Notes under the pieces: generated by a model
What the model was told of the DNA's origin: nothing
Databases searched by the model: none
The model's input: the letters and a program-made list of their open reading frames with translations, nothing else
Assembly: GCA_945902135.1 (NCBI GenBank)
Contig: CAMDMI010000001.1
Location: forward strand, 1-40,867
Direction: 5' to 3'
Origin: Spirosoma fluviale
GTDB taxonomy: Bacteria > Bacteroidota > Bacteroidia > Cytophagales > Flexibacteraceae
Length of the DNA stretch: 40,867 nt
Shown: positions 33,753-40,867 of the stretch, in pieces
How positions within the stretch are numbered: the first letter of the stretch is position 1
Layout: every line of letters starts with the position of its first letter
Program-made: the position numbers and the translations under genes

Positions 33753-34775
33753 ATGTTGATGAAAACAGGAATACTATTGGTGAACCTCGGGACACCAGAC
33801 TCAACCTCGGTTGGAGATGTGCGTCGTTATTTAAGAGAATTCCTGATGGACGGCCGTGTAGTTGATATTCCATGGCTTCCAAGATTTCTACTTGTAAATG
33901 GAATTATTGCCCCCTTCCGGGCACCTAAATCTGCCGCAGTCTATAAAAAGGTATGGCTGAATGAAGGTTCGCCCCTAAAAGTCTATGGCCTTCGATTGGA
34001 AAAGGAAATCCAGGAAATTCTGGGCGACAACTATATTGTAAAACTCGGAATGCGCTATAAAAATCCATCCATTAAATCTGCCATCGAGCAGATTCGAGAC
34101 AGCGGTGTGGACCATATTTTGATCATTCCATTATTTCCTCAGTATGCATCTGCGACAAATGGATCTGTGGTTGAAGAAGTTGGAAAAATCATGCGCGGCT
34201 GGCAAACAATTCCATCATTCAGCATTACAGGACCATTTTACGACAAGCCATTTTTTGCAGAAGCATTTGCCCGCAAACTAAAAGAGGCCGTTGCTGCCGA
34301 AAGCTATGACCAGGTCTTGTTTACCTACCACGGACTTCCGGAAAGTCAGATTCGGAAAGGTGATCTTGCAAAATGCTGTCTGAAAGAAAATTGTTGCGGA
34401 AGCATTGGTGCGCACAATGCACTTTGCTATCGTGCGCAGTGCTTCGAATCAACCCGGATTATTTCAAAACTTGCGGGCCTTGACCCGGAAATGTGTACCA
34501 CTTCATTTCAATCCCGACTTGGAGGCGACCCATGGATTAAGCCTTACACAGATCAACTTATTAAAAAATGGCCAGCCAATGGTTGGAAAAAAGTACTTGC
34601 CTTATCGCCTTCTTTTGTTTCCGATTGCCTTGAAACCACCGAAGAAATCGGCGAAGAATACAGGGAATTGTTCATGGAGTCTGGTGGGGAAAAATGGGAC
34701 TTGGTGCCTTGCTTGAATGCTGATAAAGATTGGGTAGCAGGCCTCGCCCAATGGATTAGCGGGAAGCTGGCTTAA
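33753..34775 (+). CDS. hemH: ferrochelatase
   Basis: GILLVNLGTPDSTSVGDVRRYLREFLMDGRVVDI, PLFPQYASATNGS, FTYHGLPE, and SPSFVSDCLETTEEIG. These are canonical HemH motifs. Confidence 0.93.
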   Translation: MLMKTGILLVNLGTPDSTSVGDVRRYLREFLMDGRVVDIPWLPRFLLVNGIIAPFRAPKSAAVYKKVWLNEGSPLKVYGLRLEKEIQEILGDNYIVKLGMRYKNPSIKSAIEQIRDSGVDHILIIPLFPQYASATNGSVVEEVGKIMRGWQTIPSFSITGPFYDKPFFAEAFARKLKEAVAAESYDQVLFTYHGLPESQIRKGDLAKCCLKENCCGSIGAHNALCYRAQCFESTRIISKLAGLDPEMCTTSFQSRLGGDPWIKPYTDQLIKKWPANGWKKVLALSPSFVSDCLETTEEIGEEYRELFMESGGEKWDLVPCLNADKDWVAGLAQWISGKLA

Positions 34776-36234
34776 GTAGAACAAAATACTCCCGTGAGCC
34801 TTCTGCATTCAGGGCTTCCAGAAGCATGCCGCCTTTGCCCTTTTTGTAGATTCTTTCAAATTCAACTACGGTTGAAAATGTCTGTTTGTCGAGTCTGAAA
34901 AGAGTAAATCCTTCTTCTAAACCAGCATCTTCAAGGGGTCCGCTTTCAAGTGACTCTATTTTTAATCCATTCCGAACTCCTGCTTTTTTGAGCATTTCAG
35001 GATCGGCCATGGCCAGCGAAACACCCAGTTCCGGAATCCGAACCTCCGGAATGGCTGAGGCAAGTTTGGTGCTGCCATTTACGCTTTTCAGCGTAAGGCT
35101 GATTTCCATCTTATTCTTGCCTCTCAGCACCGATGTCTTTATTTTCTCACCCGGACGGAAACGACCCAAGGACTCCTGAAGCTCAGGTACAGAGTTCACC
35201 TCGCGACCATTTATGCTTAAAATAATATCTCCCTTTTTAATTCCCGAAACCTCTGCCGCAGATCCTTCCGAAACTTCCCTCACATAAACACCCTCAATTT
35301 GGTCAAGGCCCAGTTCTGCAGCCATTGCCGCATCCACATCCGCCACAGAAACGCCAAGTAGGCCCCGTTGAACTTTGCCAAATTCACGCAAGTCCTGCAC
35401 CACTTTTTGTACAAGATTAACCGGCACAGCAAACGAATAACCTGAATAAGAGCCTGTTGGAGAGGCAATTGCGGTATTAATTCCAACCAATTCACCCCGA
35501 AGATTGACAAGAGCCCCACCTGAATTTCCGGGATTAACGGCAGCATCAGTTTGAATAAAAGATTCAATTGCCAGATTGCTCCGCTCACGAATGATGTTTA
35601 TGCTTCTGCCTTTTCCTGAAATAATTCCGGCCGTTACCGTTGAGGTAAGATCAAAAGGATTTCCAATGGCAAGCACCCATTCTCCGGTTTCGAGTTGGTC
35701 CGAATTTCCATACCTGATCACCGGCAATCCGCTGGCTTCGATTTTGAGCAATGCCAAATCTGTGCTGGGATCCTTTCCAACAACCCGTGCCTGATAACTT
35801 TGCTTGTTGTGTAAAACGATCTCCAACTTGTTTGCACCTTCAATCACATGGTAATTTGTTACAATCAACCCATCAGGCGTGAGAATAACTCCTGATCCTC
35901 CGCCTTCTCTTGGTGCGCCTTTTCCTTCCAATAAATCTCCAAAATCGGGCACGCCCTGATGAAGCTCTTTCAAAGAACTGGGGCTCTCTGAATAACTGGA
36001 ACGGATATAAACCACTGCATTGCGTACCCTTCTGGTGGCTGCCACAAAATTTACATTGGCACCAAATGCCGGCAAACTGTCCTGTGAATATTTCCCAAGG
36101 ATCTCTTTCTGCTGTTCGGCAAGCGGCACATAAGCTTGGTTTCCGTTTCGGAAGAAGGTCCTGTCAATATACAAGGCGCCCAAACTTGCTGTCAGAGCAA
36201 TTACCAAGACGGAAAGCCAACCATAGTTTTTCAT
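34756..36234 (-). CDS. htrA: HtrA/DegP/DegQ-family periplasmic serine protease with two PDZ domains
   Basis: Catalytic triad context TNYHVIEGA / DLALLKI / GNSGGALVN. PDZ-like segments are present (GVYVREVSEGSAAEVSGIKKGDIILSINGREV; GLKIESLESGPLEDAGLEEG). The start is set at the ATG at 36234 (MKNYGWLSVLVIAL) rather than the track's TTG at 36273. Confidence 0.9.
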   Translation of the reverse strand: MKNYGWLSVLVIALTASLGALYIDRTFFRNGNQAYVPLAEQQKEILGKYSQDSLPAFGANVNFVAATRRVRNAVVYIRSSYSESPSSLKELHQGVPDFGDLLEGKGAPREGGGSGVILTPDGLIVTNYHVIEGANKLEIVLHNKQSYQARVVGKDPSTDLALLKIEASGLPVIRYGNSDQLETGEWVLAIGNPFDLTSTVTAGIISGKGRSINIIRERSNLAIESFIQTDAAVNPGNSGGALVNLRGELVGINTAIASPTGSYSGYSFAVPVNLVQKVVQDLREFGKVQRGLLGVSVADVDAAMAAELGLDQIEGVYVREVSEGSAAEVSGIKKGDIILSINGREVNSVPELQESLGRFRPGEKIKTSVLRGKNKMEISLTLKSVNGSTKLASAIPEVRIPELGVSLAMADPEMLKKAGVRNGLKIESLESGPLEDAGLEEGFTLFRLDKQTFSTVVEFERIYKKGKGGMLLEALNAEGSREYFVLLKPASR

Positions 36235-36349
36235 AAAATCGGACCGGAAAATTGCCCGAAATAAAGCCTTCAAATTCTATGCCTTGCTTTCCGGAATTGC
36301 CATATTAAAGTAAAATTAATTTTTTCTCGGCGGGGGGAGGAAAAATCCC

Positions 36350-36357
36350 TACCTTTG
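36350..36357 (+). promoter_or_regulatory. candidate -7 promoter box (TACCTTTG) for the initiator tRNA
   Basis: TAnnTTTG match ending 10 nt upstream of tRNA position 1. Confidence 0.5.
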
Positions 36358-36367
36358 TCATCCAAAT

Positions 36368-36440
<73 letters not shown>

Positions 36441-36447
36441 CAGAGAG

Positions 36448-36470
36448 AGCCCTTTTCAAGGGCTTTTTTT
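36448..36470 (+). terminator. intrinsic terminator after the tRNA
   Basis: AGCCCTT-ttc-AAGGGCT followed by T7. Confidence 0.8.
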
Positions 36471-36487
36471 ATGCCCTGATTTATCCG

Positions 36488-37018
36488 ATGAAGGCCTTAC
36501 AATTCTTATTTTGCCTCTTGCCGTTATTGAGCCTTTGCCCAATAGCGGAAGCGCAAGTGTATGTTAGAACTGCCGGCATCAGAATGGATGAATCTTCCAT
36601 TGGGCTTTCTCTGGTTCAGCGCATAGCAAAACCAATCACCATTGAAGGTATCCTTGATTTTAGAAAAAAAGATTTTGGGCTTGCCCTTGTACCGAGAGTT
36701 CATGGCAAAATACTTGGCAGGCGATTAAACTATTTCATTGGGGCCGGACCACACTGCGGACTGGTAAAAACCGACTCCCAAACCTTGCAAGCATTTTGGG
36801 GAATTGGAGGGATGATTGGGCTTGAGTACAAATTCAATTTGTTGCCAATCCATATTTCATACGATATCAGGCCGATGATTTATCTGAATGGACATCCTGA
36901 TTTGCTGGGCTTCCAATCTGCCTTTGCCATTCGGCTTGTTCGCAAATCCGAGCGGAAAGAATGGAAAGAGAAATTCAAAAAATGGAAGGACAATCTATTT
37001 GATGGAGATCAGGATTAA
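36488..37018 (+). CDS. hypothetical signal-peptide protein (176 aa), possibly a small outer-membrane beta-barrel with a Lys/Glu-rich tail
   Basis: MKALQFLFCLLPLLSLCPIAEAQ signal peptide, alternating hydrophobic stretches, and a C-terminal KSERKEWKEKFKKWKDNLFDGDQD. The start was moved from the track's 36374 because that extension is a read-through translation of the tRNA. Confidence 0.55.
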   Translation: MKALQFLFCLLPLLSLCPIAEAQVYVRTAGIRMDESSIGLSLVQRIAKPITIEGILDFRKKDFGLALVPRVHGKILGRRLNYFIGAGPHCGLVKTDSQTLQAFWGIGGMIGLEYKFNLLPIHISYDIRPMIYLNGHPDLLGFQSAFAIRLVRKSERKEWKEKFKKWKDNLFDGDQD

Positions 37019-37147
37019 ACTGATTCATTGAAAATCAGCACCTTATTGAGCTTTCTTTTTTATTAAAATATCTTCTAAAATACTTGTTTAGAACAATTCT
37101 AAATAAGAGGTTTGCGGTTCTTATGTGGAATGATTCTAAATTGTAAT

Positions 37148-39310
37148 ATGTCTATAAAATTCGCCCTCGCGGTTGCCTCGGTATTTATCAGCCCGCTGAC
37201 CCATGCTCAGGATAGCACCCGAAAAGTGCAGACAGCCGAAATCCGAATTGAAATTGCAAAGCCATTTTCATCCTCCGAATTTTTACCTGATGTGTCAGGA
37301 ATGACAATCGCCTCAGGAAGAAAAACGAACTTGATCAGGCTCGACAACCGGAGTGCAGACCTTACCCAAAACAATGCCCGCCAGGTTTTTTCAAGAATCC
37401 CGGGAATAATGGTTTGGGAAAATGACGGCAGTGGCATTCAAATGGGCGTTTCAACAAGAGGCCTCAGCCCAAACAGATCTTGGGAATTTAATGTGCGACA
37501 AGATGGAGCTGATATTGCGGCTGAAGCATTTGGCTACCCCGAAGCTTACTATTCTCCTCCACTCGAAGCTGTAGAACGAATTGAAATGCTTAGAGGAGCA
37601 GCCTCTCTGGCTTATGGAACCCAATTCGGTGGCACGCTGAATTATCACATTCGAAAAGCAAAACCAGGAGCAGCAATTCGTTTTAACAGCAGCCAGACGC
37701 TTGGAAATTTTGGGACTTTCAATTCTTTTCAATCTGTTTCTGGATCTACAGGAAAGTTCTTTTGGACAGCATGGCTTCACCACCGCAATGCCAATGGCTG
37801 GCGTGAAAATAGCCAATACTTTACCAGAACAGGATTTACTTCATTTGGCTGGGCATTCAACGAAAACATTACCCTTGAAGCGAACATAACAAGCTCAAAC
37901 CAGCTTAGTCAGCAAGCCGGCGGAATTACAGACGCGGAACTAAAAAGCAATGCGAAAATTTCCCATCGATCCAGAAACTGGATGTCAACCCCATGGAATC
38001 TTGCCTCACTTACTTTAAACCATAAAATTTCAGAAAACTGGCGCTATGAAGCCAAGGTATTTGGCGTACTCGCGCAACGAAATTCGATTGGCTATGTAAA
38101 AGCCATTAACATCCAAGATACAATAAACCTTTCAACAGGTGCCTACAATGCAAGACAGATAGACCGAGATGGATACAAGAACATTGGCGCTGAAATCAGA
38201 AACCTGTTTGAATGGAAACTGGCAGGTAAAACTCAAACCTTGTCGGCAGGAATTCGCGCCTATTCAGGTAAAACAAACCGCAATGCAGCCGGCGGTGGAA
38301 GCACCGGAAACGACTACAACTTGATTTTAAGTTCCGACTATGGAAAATCTCTGGATTATAGAACCGGCAACCTTTCAGTTTTTGCGGAGCAATTGCTGAA
38401 TCTGGGGAAAGGTTTTAGCATCAGTCCGGGTGCCCGGCTGGAGTATATCCGAAACTCCAGAAGTGGTTACTTTTCCAAAGCAGCAGGTGGAAGTTTGGCG
38501 CTTGAAAATAAAAACAGAATTGTTCCCCTTTTTGGCCTGAGTAGTTCCTATAAATACATGCAAGGCAATGAGTTTTATGGAAACATCAGTCAGGCATTCA
38601 GGCCAGTTACTTTCTCAGAACTAACCCCCACTGCCAGTACCATAACTGTTGATTCCAAACTGGAAGACTCCAAAGGCTTCAATGCTGAGTTGGGTGCAAG
38701 AGGAGAAATTTCTTTTCTCATTTACGACTTGAACCTGTTTTATCTTCAATACCAAAACCGTATTGGAACCATCAAAGATTTCCAAACCAATATTGGAAAC
38801 TCGCACAGCAAAGGAATCGAGGGAATGATTGAAATTAAGCCCTTAAAACTCATCATGGAAAGCAATCCGAAAAACCCAGATCTGAGTTTTTATGTATCCG
38901 GATGCTACATGAATGCACAATACAGCGATTGGAAAGACAAAACAACGGGCATAGATCGCAGCGGTAAAAAACTTGAAAACGCACCGGAACTCACAGTTCG
39001 TTCCGGACTGAATTTCTATTGGAAAGGAATTTCACTTTCTGGTACCTGGAGCTACACATCGGATGTTTATACGGATGCGCTTAACACAGAAAATGCCACA
39101 TCCAATGCCCAAATCGGCAAACTACCCGCCTGGCAGGTTTTGGATTTATCTGCCAGCATTGGATTTCTTTCTCATTACCAGCTTAAACTCGGTGTGAACA
39201 ATGTTGCCGATGTCCGATATGCAAGCAGAAGGTCAACCGGCTTTCCTGGTCCCGGATTGCTTCCGGGCGTAGGAAGATATTTGTATGCTGGGTTTTCAGT
39301 GAATTTTTAA
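37148..39310 (+). CDS. TonB-dependent outer-membrane receptor
   Basis: Signal peptide MSIKFALAVASVFISPLTHAQ. Plug-domain motifs are present (RIPGIMVWENDGSG...STRGL, IERIEMLRGAASLAYGTQFGGTLNY). A long beta-barrel region follows, with a terminal aromatic residue (YLYAGFSVNF). Confidence 0.9.
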   Translation: MSIKFALAVASVFISPLTHAQDSTRKVQTAEIRIEIAKPFSSSEFLPDVSGMTIASGRKTNLIRLDNRSADLTQNNARQVFSRIPGIMVWENDGSGIQMGVSTRGLSPNRSWEFNVRQDGADIAAEAFGYPEAYYSPPLEAVERIEMLRGAASLAYGTQFGGTLNYHIRKAKPGAAIRFNSSQTLGNFGTFNSFQSVSGSTGKFFWTAWLHHRNANGWRENSQYFTRTGFTSFGWAFNENITLEANITSSNQLSQQAGGITDAELKSNAKISHRSRNWMSTPWNLASLTLNHKISENWRYEAKVFGVLAQRNSIGYVKAINIQDTINLSTGAYNARQIDRDGYKNIGAEIRNLFEWKLAGKTQTLSAGIRAYSGKTNRNAAGGGSTGNDYNLILSSDYGKSLDYRTGNLSVFAEQLLNLGKGFSISPGARLEYIRNSRSGYFSKAAGGSLALENKNRIVPLFGLSSSYKYMQGNEFYGNISQAFRPVTFSELTPTASTITVDSKLEDSKGFNAELGARGEISFLIYDLNLFYLQYQNRIGTIKDFQTNIGNSHSKGIEGMIEIKPLKLIMESNPKNPDLSFYVSGCYMNAQYSDWKDKTTGIDRSGKKLENAPELTVRSGLNFYWKGISLSGTWSYTSDVYTDALNTENATSNAQIGKLPAWQVLDLSASIGFLSHYQLKLGVNNVADVRYASRRSTGFPGPGLLPGVGRYLYAGFSVNF

Positions 39311-39453
39311 TGTGCCGCGCCAAGCAGGCCAGACTTTCGATTTAGGCAAAAAGGAATTTTGAGTGACTCAGTGTCCGCCAAAAGCGATCAGCCTTAAAAC
39401 GAATTCAAGCACGCATTTGTCACTCGCCAAAAAATAAGACCTATTTTGCGGCG

Positions 39454-40731
39454 ATGCTATTGCGAATATTTCTTCCTGTTCTGCTTTGCCTGCCTCTTTT
39501 GGGAAAGGCCCAGACACCCGACACCCTTCGGGTGATGACATACAACCTCACCAATTATGGAAACAACATAAGTCCTTGTACGGCAGCCAACAATGGACTT
39601 ACCCTAAAAAATCCTGCCTTCAAGACCATCATGGAGTATGTAAAGCCTGATGTACTAGGCGTTTGTGAAATGAACACCAACCCCAGTATCGCGGGTTCCT
39701 TTTTAAGCAATGTCCTGAATACAGACGGAGTAAGCCATTTTGCAAAATCTGCCGCAGTGGCAGAACCATCTGGTACCATTACCAGCGTACTTTTCTACAA
39801 TTCAGAAAAGCTAGGTCTCAAATTTCAATCGAATGCCCAAACAGTTTACAGGTTAACCCACCATTTCAGACTCTATTTAAAAACGGAATCACTTGCCTTG
39901 GGCGACACGATCTGGCTCAATGTTTTGGTTTGCCACTTAAAAGCCGGCACAGCCACCCAAGATGTCGCCGATCGGGGCAGCATGGCGCTTACCATTCGAA
40001 ACTATCTCAATACTTTCCCTAAGAAAGAAAACTGCATCATAATGGGTGATTTCAATGTGTACAGAAGCAGTGAAACTGCTTTCCAAACCCTTACCAGTGC
40101 AAGCCCGTCGCCGGTTTATCAATTTATAGATCCGATTAACCGGGTAGGCACCTGGACTTCAAACATCACTTTTGCCGATGTACACACCCAGTGCCCGCGC
40201 ACGGACAACAATGGCGGTTGCTACAGCGGGGGCGGAATGGATGATCGATTCGATTTTATATTCATGAACAAGCACCTAATCAATGATTCTGCGGGCTTGT
40301 CGTATTTGAGTGGCAGCTACAAGGCAATTGGAAACGATGGACAGCACTATAATTCCAATATCAATTCAGCGCCTGTAAATAATTCCGCGCCGGCCAATGT
40401 GATATCCGCGCTTTATCTGGCCTCGGACCACCTGCCCGTCCGCGCTGACCTGAAAGTTGCCGGCAACTTTTTAACGCCAGTTAAAACCCCAGGGAAGAAA
40501 GAAGATTTGGCACTTTGGTTTAAAAATGGAAAGGTATTTACCGAATATTCAGAGGCTCCTATGGAGATTGCTGTCTTCGATATGAATGGAAAATGCTGCT
40601 GGAAGGGCTATTCAGGTACTGGCGATGATGGCTCCCTTCCGCTGCCGGAATTTTGCCTTAAAGGCTTGAAGATGTTGCAAGTCTGTACTACAAATGGAAG
40701 AAATGGAAGCCTTCGTTTTCTGATTCCTTAA
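39454..40731 (+). CDS. endonuclease/exonuclease/phosphatase (EEP) family protein with a probable T9SS C-terminal sorting domain
   Basis: Signal peptide MLLRIFLPVLLCLPLLGKAQ. EEP motifs LRVMTYNLTNYG, IIMGDFNV and the terminal SDHLPVRADL. These are followed by a ~80-aa beta-rich tail (MEIAVFDMNGK...LKMLQVCTTNGRNGSLRFLIP). Confidence 0.8.
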   Translation: MLLRIFLPVLLCLPLLGKAQTPDTLRVMTYNLTNYGNNISPCTAANNGLTLKNPAFKTIMEYVKPDVLGVCEMNTNPSIAGSFLSNVLNTDGVSHFAKSAAVAEPSGTITSVLFYNSEKLGLKFQSNAQTVYRLTHHFRLYLKTESLALGDTIWLNVLVCHLKAGTATQDVADRGSMALTIRNYLNTFPKKENCIIMGDFNVYRSSETAFQTLTSASPSPVYQFIDPINRVGTWTSNITFADVHTQCPRTDNNGGCYSGGGMDDRFDFIFMNKHLINDSAGLSYLSGSYKAIGNDGQHYNSNINSAPVNNSAPANVISALYLASDHLPVRADLKVAGNFLTPVKTPGKKEDLALWFKNGKVFTEYSEAPMEIAVFDMNGKCCWKGYSGTGDDGSLPLPEFCLKGLKMLQVCTTNGRNGSLRFLIP

Positions 40732-40734
40732 AAT

Positions 40735-40784
40735 CCCAAATTTTCCTATTTTGGGGCATCGCGGTTTTTTTTTTACTTTTTTTT
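40735..40784 (+). terminator. weak hairpin plus T10/T8 tracts downstream of the EEP gene (possible terminator)
   Basis: CCCAAA (40735-40740) pairs with TTTGGG (40750-40755). T10 (40765-40774) and T8 (40777-40784) follow, but they start 9 nt after the stem, so the geometry is not canonical. Confidence 0.3.
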
Positions 40785-40805
40785 GCGGGAAAACCTGTCC
40801 TGAGC

Positions 40806-40813
40806 TACATTTG
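40806..40813 (+). promoter_or_regulatory. candidate -7 promoter box (TACATTTG) for the downstream tRNA
   Basis: TAnnTTTG match 27 nt upstream of the tRNA 5' end. Confidence 0.4.
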
Positions 40814-40839
40814 CATCCCCTTCTGAAAAGATGGGGAAC

Positions 40840-40867
40840 GCGAAAGTAGCTCAGTTGGTAGAGCGCG
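40840..40867 (+). tRNA. 5' part of a tRNA gene (acceptor strand plus D arm); identity not determinable because the anticodon lies outside the window
   Basis: GCGAAAG-TA-GCTC-AGTTGGTA-GAGC-GCG is a canonical acceptor/U8-A9/D-arm layout, truncated by the window edge. Confidence 0.7.

Noticed and set aside
37019-37147. Possible riboswitch or terminator upstream of the TonB-dependent receptor (hairpin CTGATT-cattgaa-AATCAG at 37021-37039)
   Set aside because: The spacer is only 129 nt and I could not find a B12-box or other conserved riboswitch core. The hairpin is AT-rich and not adjacent to a T-run.

Overview
This window reads as a mostly housekeeping chromosomal segment of a Bacteroidota genome. 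The phylum call rests on four points: four proteins carry type IX secretion (T9SS) C-terminal sorting domains, TAnnTTTG -7 promoter boxes sit in front of the tRNAs and secA, Shine-Dalgarno sequences are absent, and Rho carries a large N-terminal insertion. All product calls come from reading motifs in the translations; no database search was possible.

Gene order:
- pepN-like M1 aminopeptidase (minus strand, runs off the left edge, missing from the supplied ORF track)
- PorZ-like T9SS protein, tdk, lgt, rho
- a single 11.25 kb ORF encoding a 3750-aa repeat-built T9SS cargo protein
- fructosamine-kinase-family gene coupled to a 70-75 aa ORF
- prmC, secA, an orphan hybrid histidine kinase, an orphan MBOAT acyltransferase
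- an apparent alpha/beta-hydrolase / 174-aa secreted protein / 785-aa type-B-CTD cargo operon
- hemH, htrA-like protease, initiator tRNA-Met, a small signal-peptide protein
- a TonB-dependent receptor, a secreted EEP-family nuclease/phosphatase with a T9SS CTD, and the 5' part of a second tRNA

I found no CRISPR array, transposase, integrase, phage gene or recognisable defence or toxin-antitoxin module.

The most unusual content:
- The giant ORF has a triplicated ~694-aa module and 17 tandem ~50-aa two-cysteine repeats that I cannot assign to a named domain family.
- The type-B-CTD cargo operon lacks an adjacent PorP/SprF partner. It is followed by a strong terminator and then a partner-less MBOAT gene with a non-ATG start.

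I cannot honestly claim a novel multi-gene system here. These two loci are the best candidates for follow-up.
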